Positions 24,912-36,479 of a stretch of 64,000 bases of DNA are shown here, piece by piece. Source of the stretch: Octopus vulgaris. Taxonomy: Eukaryota. The notes below the pieces were generated by a model. That model was given only the letters and a program-made list of their open reading frames with translations, was not told the DNA's origin and did not search any database. The stretch lies in assembly GCA_951406725.2 (NCBI GenBank), contig OX597835.1, positions 5,270,001 through 5,334,000 on the forward strand, in the 5' to 3' direction. Numbering within the stretch: the stretch's first letter is position 1; every line of letters starts with the position of its first letter. A program made the translations under genes and the position numbers.

Positions 24912-25515
24912 CTGCAAAAAAAACCAAAGAAACCAGGCTAGAATTGGTTTTACAGTAGAGTTACAAATGAACCACGAATGAACAGCTCTTATCAAACTGA
25001 TCTCTCACCTGTAATTAATTTAATATAGGCGCAGGAGTGGCTGTGTGGTAAGTAGCTTGTTTACCAACCACATGGTTCCAGGTTCAGTCCCACTGCGTGG
25101 CACCTTGGGCAAGTGTCTTCTACTATAGCCTTGGGCCGACCAAAGCCTTGTGAGTGGATTTGGTAGACGGAAACTGAAAGAAGCCCATCGTATATATGTA
25201 TATATATATGTATGTGCGTGTATGTTTGTGTGTCTGTGTTTGTTTCCCTAGCATTGCTTGACAACCGATGCTGGTGTGTTTACGTCCCTGTCACTTAGCG
25301 GTTCGGCAAAAGAGACCGATATAATAAGTACTGGGCTTACAAAGAATAAGTCCCGGTGTCGATTTGCTCGACTAAAGGCGGTGCTCCAGCATGGCCGCAG
25401 TCAAATGACTGATACAAGTAAAAAGAGAAAAAGAAAGAGAAAGATGTTGATGGTGGTGTTGATGTGGCTTACCAGATTTCAGTTAGTTTGAACACTAAAG
25501 AATTCAGCAACTTAC

Positions 25516-25738
25516 CTGTAAATCCTTGACAGTTCCACCTCAAGGTAACTAATTTCCTCAAACAGGTGTTTTTTCTCCGTCCATACTTTCAATTCATGCC
25601 TGAGTTCAGGAATAACGAGAAAGGTTCTCCATCCTCTTTCTTTCTTAGACTTGAGAATGTCTCCGTAGATGTGATCACCGATATATAATACATCTTTACC
25701 TGTGGCACCGATCATCTGTGATAAACCTGAACAGGACC
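25516..25738 (-). CDS. NT5C2: NT5C2 exon 13 ([46 protein letters not shown]...LSRIYR), motif IV
   Basis: 223 nt, [29 protein letters not shown] conserved. Confidence 0.97.
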
Positions 25739-25766
25739 CTGGGGGGACAAGAAGTAGGAAATATTG

Positions 25767-25801
<35 letters not shown>

Positions 25802-26140
25802 CTGCCATCATTTCATCATCATCATCATCATCATCATCTCTACCACCACCACCATTTTATCATTACCATCATCAGGCCCACCACCACCGCCACCACCATT
25901 TCATCATCATCCCCACCATTTTTTAATCATCATTATCTTCATCACCACCACCACCACCACCACCACTAGTGCAGCCATCGCCACCACTGCCACCACCACC
26001 ACCACCACCACCACACCATTTCATCATTGTTGACATCCCCACCACTGCCATTATTTCATCATCATCATCACCATCTCTACCACCACCATTTTATCATTAT
26101 CTTCATAATCACCACCACCACCACCACCATCATTTCATCG

Positions 26141-26190
<50 letters not shown>
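25767..26190 (+). repeat. Compound (CAT)n/(CAC)n tract; similar tracts at 32257-32443, 39690-39895, 54945-55107; (AAT)n at 22101-22225; (TA)n-rich 41385-41885
   Basis: Seen directly. Confidence 0.95.
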
Positions 26191-26192
<2 letters not shown>

Positions 26193-26479
26193 GCCATGGC
26201 CAGACATGTTTTCACGGAAGACTGGGAAGGAAGAACACTGCTTGACTGACAATGGCACTCAATAAAAATCACTAATTTACAAAGTTTGAAGAATATTCTA
26301 TTTGGTATCAGACATTTAAAGCATAAAATTTAAACATGCAAAATGGCAAGAAGCCCACTGTAACCGCATCAAAGAGGTTCCTTCTCAGCATCACCTTGTC
26401 TTCCATCTTGATGATTATAAAGTTTAACATCATTCCAACTGAAATCTTTGCAAATTAATTAAGGATCTTCTTGACTTAC

Positions 26480-26546
26480 CTCCAGAATATATCTGTCCCT
26501 TCTTCATAGGGCCTACGTGACATCCGATACTTAGTGATTCTGTCAC
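26480..26546 (-). CDS. NT5C2: NT5C2 exon 12 (VTESLSIGCHVGPMKKGQIYSG)
   Basis: 67 nt, AG/GT, phase consistent. Confidence 0.94.
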
Positions 26547-26970
26547 CTGTTCAATAAATAATAATTAAAATCATTCACAGGTTTCAAGAAAAGTTGGGGT
26601 TTTTGTTTTTTGCATTTTTTTTTTTTTGTGTTTTCCTTCTAATTAATTTCGATTGCTTTAACTCTTAGTTCATTATTCCCTGTTATATATTTTAAACACA
26701 CCATTTGGATTTTGGACACTTCTGAAGAATTCACTCTGCTGCAAGCATTCAGACCAAACCTACAGACAGAGAATGGGTTTCACCCTTCTTCCCACCAGTT
26801 TTAGAGGCCTTGAAGACGGCTATGGGTTGGACCAATTTTACTCGAATGAAGTATAAATAAATCATATCTTCTATGTTACTTTTCCATCCTTACACCTGTT
26901 ACATTACCCCTATTCCACTAAATAATAGCTGTTTTGTTACAGTATAAATTCTTCAAGTCACATCTACTTA

Positions 26971-27282
26971 AACATGGCCCTTTTCAAGCCTAGCCAGGCT
27001 CATGGGCCCGGTTTCCCGGTTTCTGTGGCGTATGTGTCCCCCCCCCCCAGCTGGATGGGATGCCAGTCCATCGCAGCATTACTCAAGAAACAGGAAGTGA
27101 GAGTGAGAGAAAGTTGTGGTGAAAGAGTACAACAGGGGTCACCACCAGCCCCTGCCAGAACCTCATGGAGCTTTTAGGTGTTTTTGCTCAATAAACACAC
27201 ACAATGCCCAGTCTGGGAATCAAAACCGCGATCCTCCAACTGCGAGTCCGCTGCCCTAGCCACTGAGCCATTGCACCTCCAC
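26971..27282 (-). mobile_element. SINE family E, tail type 2, with 12-bp TSD
   Basis: cacatctactta at 26959-26970 and 27283-27294. Confidence 0.85.
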
Positions 27283-27536
27283 CACATCTACTTAGTTACA
27301 TCTATATCTTCCAAGTCACACCTACTTAGCTGCCCTTGTATCTTTCATGTCACACCTATGTTACATACACCTCTTTTAAGCTAAATTCCTTTCTTCAGTT
27401 AACCTCACTTAGTTTCATATGTTTACTCGACTTTTACCCCGGCTGTGTTACACATGGCACAACTGAGTTACACCTAGTGTATCACACATATTTCTTTCAT
27501 TGTTACAATGACTCATAATTCCATTGATTTCATTAC

Positions 27537-27644
27537 CTGGTCAACTTGGCGTAGAAGGGTACCGTCTTTGAAGAACCCTGGCTTTTTGGCATCCACAACA
27601 ACATAGTCAAAATATTCTGTCCATTTCTTGACGGGTTTCTTTGT
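27537..27644 (-). CDS. NT5C2: NT5C2 exon 11 (TKKPVKKWTEYFDYVVVDAKKPGFFKDGTLLRQVDQ), motif III Lys
   Basis: 108 nt, AG/GT, VDA.KP.FF..GT.LRQVD conserved. Confidence 0.96.
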
Positions 27645-27842
27645 CTGAAATTTAAAAAATGAAAAAAAGAAGATTAAACAATGGAAATAAACAAAGAGAC
27701 ATGTAGGAAATTCTAATAAATGATCCATGTGAATTTCAATACATGATCAACATAAATGTATGTATATATATGTATATGTATATATGAATGAAAAAACAAG
27801 TCAAAAATAGAAAATGCTAAGATGATTTTATAGTGAATCTTT

Positions 27843-27880
27843 CAGTACCGGTTTCGGTCATTTTGAGACCTTTTCAACTG
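27843..27880 (-). ncRNA. Minimal hammerhead ribozyme variant with U3-A8 core covariation
   Basis: Minus strand reads CAG-UUGAAAA-GGUC-ucaaaau-GACC-GAAA-CCG-GUA-CUG: stem II 4 bp, palindromic ACCGGU stem III, GUA triplet, stem I CAG/CUG. Confidence 0.65.
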
Positions 27881-29035
27881 TAACGATTAAATAATTAAAT
27901 TTAGAAAAATTAGAAGAAAAGTTTTTTTAAAAGAATATTTCTGTAGTAGTGTTCAGATATAAGTAGCATTCTGCCTTTCTCTGACTCCCTTGTTTGCACT
28001 TGTGTGTTCGAGGTCGTTTTTTTTTTTTTATTTTTTTATATATATATATATATATATCAGCCTCGCCTGGCCCTCGTGCCGGTGGCACATAAAAAGCACC
28101 ATCCATTCGTGGCCGTTTGCCAGCTCTGTCTGGCACCTGTGCGGGTGGCACGTAAAAAGCACCCACTACACTCACGGAGTGGTTGGCGTTAGGAAGGGCA
28201 TCCAGCCGTAGAAACACTGCCAGATTTGACTGGGCCTGATGAAGCCTTCTGGCTTCACAGACCCCAGTAGAACCGTCCAACCCATGCTAGCATGGAAAAC
28301 GGACGCTAAACGATGATGATGACGATGATGATGATGATGATATATATATATATATATATATATGTACAAAGTTTCATTAAAAGATACCCATTTTCCTAAA
28401 AGTTATGAGGGAAAAAAGTCAGATCATGTGAATTTTTCCAAACTCCTCTCTCTAGTCCCTCAGAAAAATTCTTTCCCATAAATCCCTATATACTTTGAAG
28501 CCACAATATCTGAGCGGTATTTGTAAAAACGTTTCTTCAAAGATATCCATTTTTCTGGATGTTATGAGGCAACGTATACATCTATAGTTAAGACTGTTTA
28601 TTTATATGATTTTTTAAATTTCATCTTTATTTCATTCATTGTTTGTAATGTTCTCTCTCTCACACACACACACCACACATTGCAAAGCTTATAGATGGGC
28701 TGCTGAACTGGAATTTCTATGTTGCTTTGAGGGGAAGGTAGAACTTGACAAATTGCTTCCCCTTCCATAGCTGGACTACCTTGACGTTTGTTTTAAAAAG
28801 GGGAGATTATGACCATGCTAAAACAAAGAAAGCAATACTTACTAAGCAAGTGAGCACCATTATACAAAGAAATAATTAGACATAAAATATCATAACAATT
28901 ATTAGAACTGGGAATCAAATGTGAAAACATTATCAAGTGGCTAGCAGAAATCTGCCCAGAAGGCAATCTTTCTGCTAGTTATAGTAATGTATAGTTATAG
29001 TAATAAAGTAACAGACAAAGAAAACAGTAACTTAC

Positions 29036-29071
29036 CTCATTTACTGGTTCCAGTAAATATTTCATAATTTT
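29036..29071 (-). CDS. NT5C2: NT5C2 exon 10 (KIMKYLLEPVNE)
   Basis: 36 nt, tttttcag acceptor, gtaagt donor, phase 0/0. Confidence 0.92.
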
Positions 29072-29190
29072 CTGAAAAAGAAAAAAAGAAAAAAAATATT
29101 GATTTTGAGAATGAGGAGACACATGCACACACATCTTTGCCTTTATTTATAGAGAGATTTCAACAATGGGAAATAATATATATATATATA

Positions 29191-29469
29191 TCACCGTGAC
29201 CGACCAGGCTCTCAGATGTTGCTACACATCGCTGGTCACAATGCGCTTCGCATTGTTTTAGCCTTCAAATGACGCCACCCCGCTGGCTAAGTGAGCAGGC
29301 CAACAGAAGAAAGAGTGAGAGAAAGTTGTAGCGAAAGAGTACAGCAGGGACCGCCATCACACCCTGCCGGAGCCTCGTGGAGCTTTAGGTGTTTTTGCTC
29401 AATAAACACTCACAACGCCCGGTCTGGGAATCGAAACCGCGATCCTACGACTGAGCCATTGCACCTCCA
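29191..29469 (-). mobile_element. SINE family E, tail type 3, inserted in (TA)n; tail-only copy at 41569-41682
   Basis: Shared head, distinct tail ending ...tggtcggtcacggtga. Confidence 0.8.
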
Positions 29470-29846
29470 CACATATATATATATATATATATATAGAATA
29501 AGCATATAGAAATAAATTATCCAGATGAGTATCATAAGAGCTCTCTAGTATATTCCAGGTTCTGGCTAACCTCATCAAGTAGTAAAAAGCATCAAGAATC
29601 ATAATTGTCATGGATACACACATACACACACATACACATAAGTGAATATATATAATATATATACATATACACAGGCACATATAAGCTCATACATGCACAT
29701 ATATACACACACAAGCAGATATTCAGAACAGTTAGGTATAGACTTGGGAATTTACATAAATGAAAAACGAATGTAACATGTCAAAGATGTACTCTAAGGA
29801 ATGTTTATGCATTTGGCACTTAAATTGTCTATGCTGTGTGAGATAA

Positions 29847-30213
29847 TCTCTCTATATATAAACAGCAAAATGTCTGTGTGTGTGTCCTTTATACAAATCC
29901 ACAATTTTTTCAGTTAGAGGGCTCGCACTTTCTATGGTCATTCAAAACCGTCCAAGGGTGGTCATGCCCATCTTTACATTTCCCCAGTCACCCCGCAAAG
30001 CCATTAAAAAATCAATAGAAGTGACTTTTTCTTGTGAATTTTCTATCCCAAACCCAATCAAAATGCCCGAAACTTGATATGCCAATTGAATGCCAGCTAG
30101 CTGTATGTGATTGGTCGGAGATTTGGACAGTACTCACGTGTATGTGCGCAGACATGCAGCTGTATATGCATGCACTAGCACTATGACCTGGCGTTGCCGG
30201 GTCATAGTGCTAG
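29847..30213 (+). mobile_element. Non-autonomous Helitron
   Basis: a|TCTCTCTATATATAAA 5' end; 3' palindrome ctagcactatgacc..ggtcatagtgCTAG|t; no TSD. Confidence 0.75.
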
Positions 30214-30316
30214 TATATTATAAATATATAATAAACACTGGGTGAGATGCCCCTCCCCAGTGCACAGAGTAATGTCAAATGCAGGATTGACATGGAAGGG
30301 AAGGTGAAGCACTTAC

Positions 30317-30377
30317 ATCTGTGTATGAAAAGTTACTGTTGGTGATGAGCAAGTTTTGGGCACCGTATTCTTGAATC
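30317..30377 (-). CDS. NT5C2: NT5C2 exon 9 (IQEYGAQNLLITNSNFSYTD), motif II
   Basis: 61 nt, AG/GT, TNS motif. Confidence 0.94.
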
Positions 30378-30484
30378 CTGTCAAAATAGAAACACAAACT
30401 TAGGAAATACGTTTGAATCAGCCACCATTTTAGTAACATAAACATTCACTGCTACTACTGTAACTTCTATGATTTCTACATCTA

Positions 30485-31125
30485 CCCAGGGTGTCGCAGA
30501 AAGATTTACCCATTGATATTTCTTAATTGTTAAAAATAAATTTAAGTTAGGATAATGAAATTTGGCACACACGTTCTAATGTAAATTGTCAATCCATTGC
30601 AGTAATTACATTTCAAAATTACCACCGTTCGCCTTGGTCATAGCCTGCAAACGAGTGGTCAATGAGTTGTATCAGTGCCGTACCAACTCTTCCTCCAACT
30701 TGAGCCATGAGGACAGAAGGGCTTTCTTTAGATCTGATGCATTTGAATAGGAGGAGCGAGCAGAAACATTACTCTCGAAGATGGACCAGAGAGCAAAGTC
30801 CATGGAATTGATGTCTGGACTTGAGGGAGACCATATAATCTCATCCCCAAAACTGCTGAAATGCTCTTTTCACCACCTCTGTCAAATTGGATGTGTGGGC
30901 CAAAGCCCTGTCTTGAGTCTAGATGTAACAGTTACCAAAGGTTTCTGTGACCCAGGGTAACACTTTCTCATCCAACATTTCCACATAAACTTCACTGTTG
31001 ACCTTGATACCAGCGTCGATAAAGATCAAGGAAGACTTGGACCCATCAAATTCAACTGTGGCCCATACAATGAGTGAAGCTGGCTTCTGATGGCATAAAT
31101 GACACCCTCTACCTTCAGGCAAAAT
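30485..31125 (-). mobile_element. Tc1/maT-like transposon relic (3' half of transposase + TIR) in NT5C2 intron 8
   Basis: HQKPASLIVWA..LIFI..KVNSEVY..L.EKVLPW; WSPSSPDINSMDFALWS; terminus ta|cccagggtgtc. Confidence 0.85.
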
Positions 31126-31169
31126 CAGAGATTAAAAAAAAAATGTTATGAATACCAAATGGCACATAC

Positions 31170-31249
31170 CGCTCAAGTAGGACAGGTAACCTGTCATTGC
31201 GCTCAATGTATTTTTCTATATCTTTGACAGTTTCATCCTTTACATTACT
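31170..31249 (-). CDS. NT5C2: NT5C2 exon 8 (SNVKDETVKDIEKYIERNDRLPVLLER)
   Basis: 80 nt, ccacag acceptor, gtatgt donor, phase consistent. Confidence 0.93.
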
Positions 31250-32256
31250 CTGTGGAGAAAAAAAAACATGAAATATATTTACAGCTTAATCCTTTAGCAT
31301 TTGAATAGGCGCAGGAGTGGCTGTGTGGTAAGTAGCTTGCTTACCAACCACATGATTCCGGGTTCAGTCCCACTGCGTGGCACCTTGGGCAAGTGTCTTC
31401 TACTATAGTCTCGGGCCAACCAAAGCCTTGTGAGTGGATTTGGTAGATGGAAACTGAAAGAAGCCTGTCGTATATATGTATATATATATATATATGCGTG
31501 TGTGTGTGTATGTTTGTGTGTCTGTGTTTGTCCCCCTACCATTGCTTGACAACCGATGCTGGTGTGTTTACGTCCCCGTCACTTAGCAGTTTGGCAAAAG
31601 AGACCGATAGAATAAGTGCTGGGCTTACAAAGAATAAGTCCTGAGGTCGAGTTGCTCGATTAAAGTCAGTGCTCCAGCATGGCCGCAGTCAAATGACTGA
31701 AACAAGTAAAAGAGTAAAAGAGTAAAGAGTAAACTGGCCATATCTGACCGAAATATTTTATTGTATCTTTGCAAAGGAAGTACATAATTGGCCTGTTTGA
31801 AAGTAGCCCTCAATTGTCAGGCAATATGCTGTGCTTAAGAAGACCTATTGAGTCAAGTGAAATCATTGTCATGGCCGATGCCAGCCCCACCTGATTGGTA
31901 CCCATGCTGGTGGCACATAGAAAGCAGCATTCGAGTGTGGCCAATGACAATGCTGGTGGCACATAGAAAGCAGCCATTCAAGCGTGGTCAATGCAAGTGC
32001 TGCTTGAGGGGTTCCGGTGCTGGTGGAATGTAAAAAGCACCATTTCAGCATGGTCAATACCAGTGCTGCCAGTGGACGCCATGCCGGTGGCATGTAGTAA
32101 AAAGCACCCACAACACTCTCGGAGTGGTTGGTGTTAGGAAGGGCATCCAGCTGTAGAAACCTTGAAAGATTAGATTAGAGCCTGGTGCAGCCTCCTGGTT
32201 TGCCAGTCCCCAGTCAAACTGTCCAACCCATGCCAGCATAGAAAGCAGACATTAAG

Positions 32257-32311
<55 letters not shown>

Positions 32312-32355
32312 GGTGGTGGTGGTGGATGATGATGGTGATGATGATGGTGATGATA

Positions 32356-32445
<90 letters not shown>

Positions 32446-32483
32446 TATGTATATATCATAACAAGATGACTGCCTCTAATTAC

Positions 32484-32577
32484 CTGAAGATATACCCAAT
32501 CAATGGAAGCTCTGACATCTTGGAAGATTGATGTATAAGGTATATATAGATATTCAGCTTTCACCCCTGTGTCCGTC
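32484..32577 (-). CDS. NT5C2: NT5C2 exon 7 (TDTGVKAEYLYIPYTSIFQDVRASIDWVYLQ)
   Basis: 94 nt, AG/GT, FQDVR..DWV conserved. Confidence 0.95.
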
Positions 32578-32905
32578 CTGTGCAAGAAAAGAGAAACAAC
32601 AGATTAGTGTACAGAGAGAGAGGAACCTGTGTATATGCATATATACCTAAGTATACATGCACAGCTGTATGTGTACATGCGTGCATACTCTCTCTTTTAC
32701 TCTTTTACTTGTTTCAGTCATTTGACTGCGGCCATGCTGGAGCACCGCCTTTAGTCGAGCAAATTGACCTCGGGACTTATTCTTCGTAAGCCTAGCACTT
32801 ATTCTATTGGTCTCTTTTGCCAAACCACCAAGTGGCGGGGACGTAAACACACCTGCATTGGTTGTCAAGCAATGCTAGGGGGACAAACACAGACACACAA
32901 ACATA

Positions 32906-34000
32906 AGTGCTGGGGGTGACAAGCTAAAGGTAGTAGATAGCTTCGGTTATCTAGGTGACCAAGTGTTAGTAGTGGAGGTAGATGCTCCAAGAGCGTAGCT
33001 GTGAGACAAGATTAGGTTGGGCAAAGCTCAGAGAGCTCCTACCCTTGCTGGCAACAAAGGCCCTCTCTCTCAGCATGAAAGGCAGATAGTTTGATGCCTG
33101 TGTGTGAACAGCTATGCTGCATGGCAGTAAAACAGCCAAGGACATGCATGGGGCTTGAAAGAAATGAAACCGGTATACTTTGCTGGATGTGCAATGTCAG
33201 TGTACATGTTCAACAGAGTGTAAGTATCTTGAGAGAAAAGTTTTGCATAAGTGGTGTGCAAGAGAGATGACTGTGTTGGTATGGTCATGTGATGCATACA
33301 AGGACAGCTGTGTAAAGAAGTGCTGATCTCTAAATGTGGAGGGAATCTGTGGTAGAGGTAGGCCCAGGAAGACATGAGACAAGGTGGTGAAGTATGATCT
33401 TCAAGCTTTGAGCTTCACAGGGGCAATGACTGGTGACCGAGACCTTTGGAGATATGCAGTGCTTGAGAGGACCCATCAAGCCAAGTGCACCTGTGCTGGT
33501 GGCACGTAAGGAACATCTTTTGAACGTTGGGCCTCATGGAGGCGAAGTGGCTGAGCTCCTTTCAAGTGCTGGACCTCATGGAGGCGAGGTAGCTGAGTTC
33601 CTTTTGAGCATTCGGCCTTACAGAGTCAAAGTGGCTGAGTTCCTTTTGAGTGTTGGGCCTCACAGAGGCAATGACCAAGACCTTTGGCATTAGGTCGTGC
33701 TTCAGAAGAAGACCCATCAAGCTGAGCAAAATTACAGTCATGGCATATACCAGTGTCACACAAATTGGTACCTATGCTGGTGGCATGTAAATGCACTCCG
33801 GTGTCACACAAATGGCACCCATGCCAGTGGCACATAAAAGCACCCATTACACTCTTGGAGTGGTTGGCATTAGGAAGGGCATCCGGTGGTAAAAAAATCA
33901 TGCCAAATCAGACTGGAGTCTGGTGCAGCCATCGAGCGTACCAGCCCAGTCAAATCATCCAACCCAGCATGGACAACAGATGTTAAATGATGATGATGAT
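32906..34000 (+). mobile_element. Degenerate RTE LINE 3' end (RT C-terminus + repeat-containing 3' tail + (GAT)n); source of the dispersed family C tails
   Basis: Degenerate VVDSF.YLGDQ..GWAK.RELLPLLATK..; ends in ..ggcattaggaagggcatcc..gttaaatgatgatgat, shared with many short copies. Confidence 0.8.
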
Positions 34001-34077
34001 TATAAATGTTATAGACACCAGGATTTTAATCTCAGGCTGTTTCAAATGTGGATATCAATTTAAAACTGTTTACTTAC

Positions 34078-34135
34078 TTTTCATAGTCTTTCCGGTGTGA
34101 GAAGTAATCAACAATACAGGCCAGCATGTAAGTTT
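34078..34135 (-). CDS. NT5C2: NT5C2 exon 6 (ETYMLACIVDYFSHRKDYEK)
   Basis: 58 nt, AG/GT, phase consistent. Confidence 0.95.
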
Positions 34136-35113
34136 CTAGAACAAAATAAACAAATGCATAGTATAAAATTGATTTATTGCTCATCTGCTTGTCAATACAT
34201 GTTATAAGAATTGAGAGGGTGAATAAAAGCGGAAAAATACTTAGAAAATAATATCTAAGGTGCAGGAGTGGCTGCATGGTAAGTAGCTTGCTTACGAACC
34301 ACATGTCCAAGGTGCCATGCAGTGGGACTGAACCTGGAACCATGTGGTTGGGAAGCAAGCTTCTTACCACACAGTGAACCTTGTTAACAATAAGAATAAA
34401 AAATGAAGATTATGTTTTTACATAAGTTTATTCCCCATTATGGATGTTTCAAACAGCTAGAGGAATCATTTCATCTCTATACAATGGTTTGTTTGTATAA
34501 TTAATCAAGCAATTAGTCAATTAATCAATGGAACAGGTAACCCTTAATCATTCTCCTCAAGCGTTATAGTTATATGGCAGGCTTTGTTTCAGTCTCTGTT
34601 TACCAAATTTCTCTCACAAAGAATTAGTCCACCAGAACCTTTACTGAAGACATTTGCCTAAAGTCTCATACACTGGGACTGGATCCAAAACCACATAAGT
34701 GTAAGGTTAACTTTACTTTGTGTGTGTGTGTGTGTGTGTTAGCACCACATTTAAAAGTAAACCATAAAGACTGCACGTAAAAGCACCATCCGTTCGTGGC
34801 CGTTTGCCAGCTCCGTCTGGCACCCACTACACTCGCGGAGTGGTTGGCGTTAGGAAGGGCATCCAGCCGTAGAAACACTGCCAGATCAGACTGGGCCTGA
34901 TGCAGCCTTCCGGCTTCACAGACTCCATTTGAACCGTCCAACCCATGCTAGCATGGAAAGCGGATGCTAAATGAGGATGATGATGATGATGATGATGATT
35001 ACCCCATAGTATTTTTGTTGTTTTTTTCTCTCAGTGATTGTTCACCCACCCCCACACTCCACACACCCATCCATTCCCAGATTGTTCAATAGTATTTCAC
35101 GAACAATTCTTAC

Positions 35114-35202
35114 CTGGTAAATTAAACAATGTATTAAGAACGTAGCACCGGTTGTCATTGAGTTGTATAAATTTGTTGGGATAGAGACGTGCAATTTCAT
35201 TT
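35114..35202 (-). CDS. NT5C2: NT5C2 exon 5 ([29 protein letters not shown])
   Basis: 89 nt, AG/GT, YPNKFIQ and LNTLFNLP conserved. Confidence 0.96.
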
Positions 35203-36479
35203 CTGCAAAAAAAAAGGATCAGATAAATATCTATGAAACAACCAGCAAACATTAAACACAAGAAAACTAATAATCAATTTTTTTGTTCTTGACCCTTTTT
35301 TCTTCTTGACCCCTTTTTTTTATCTCAACCATTCTCACTTCTGATTTTCAACAAAAAATGTCAGCAATCTTTATGTTTATCTCCTTGTCTTTGTTGTCCT
35401 TCAACTAAATCTGTTTTTTATTAAAACCTCCTCATTCTCTTATACTATACTTCATTCTTCACCAATAATTTACTCTCTCTCTTTCTCTCTCTCTCTCTCT
35501 CTTTCTCATTCCAGTCTATTTATTCTGCTTCCATCACTAACTATTTCATTTTTCTCTCTCCTAAACCAAGAGTTTTTGCCCAAAACATTAGAATTATCTT
35601 CTTCCTTACTACAAAATAACTCATTCTGATTGGCTAATTTTTCATACTTATGATTGGTCAAAGTAGTTTCCTTCATTTCTACTGTTTCCCTTTGATTAGA
35701 AATAAGTTATTCTAAGGCGGTGACCTTGCAGAAACGATAGGGCGCCGGGCGAAATGCTTAGCGGTATTTTGTCTGTCGTTGCGTTCTGAGTTCAAATTCC
35801 ACCAAGGTAGACTTTGCCTTTCATCCTTTTGGGGTCGATAAATAAAGTACCAGTTTCGCACTGGGGTCGATGTAATCGACTTAATCCCTTTGTCCGTCCT
35901 TGTTTGTCCCCACTATGTTTAGCCCCTTGTGGGCAATAAAGAAATATATAAATAAGTTATTGCTGGAACCTAATTGAATAAATCTAAAGTCAAAGAAATT
36001 CCAGGCATGACCAACCAGTCTCTTTTTTCTTTTTGGTTCATATTGTGCACCTCACACTACATGATCTCAAATCTGTTTTCTTTTTTAGATGGGAAGGGGG
36101 AATCTTAAACTTGTCCAGTACCTTAACTTCTCTTAAGTACCTTAAGTACCTTAGGTACCTCATGGCCATATTCACAGATGATGGGAAACAAGAGACTGTA
36201 AGCAGATTTGGTAGACAGAAACTGAAAGAAGCCCATTGTATATATATTTTTATGTGTGTGTGTGTGTGTGTGTCTTTGTATCTGCAGTTGTCTCCACCAT
36301 CATCACTTGACAACAAATGTTGGTGTGTTTATGTCCCCATAACTTGGTGGTTTGGCAAAAGAGACAGACAAAATATGCAAAGAATAAGGCCTGAGGTCGG
36401 TTTTTTTCAACTAAAAACCCTCTAAGGCCATGCTCCAGCATGGCCACAGTCAAATGATTAAAAGAAGTAAAAGAATACA

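Noticed and set aside
28236-28260. CTGATGA followed by a hairpin in family C variants (also ~48146-48158 on the - strand)
   Set aside because: No GAAA/stem III follows; other copies read CTGGTGC or CTGATGC, so it is not a hammerhead
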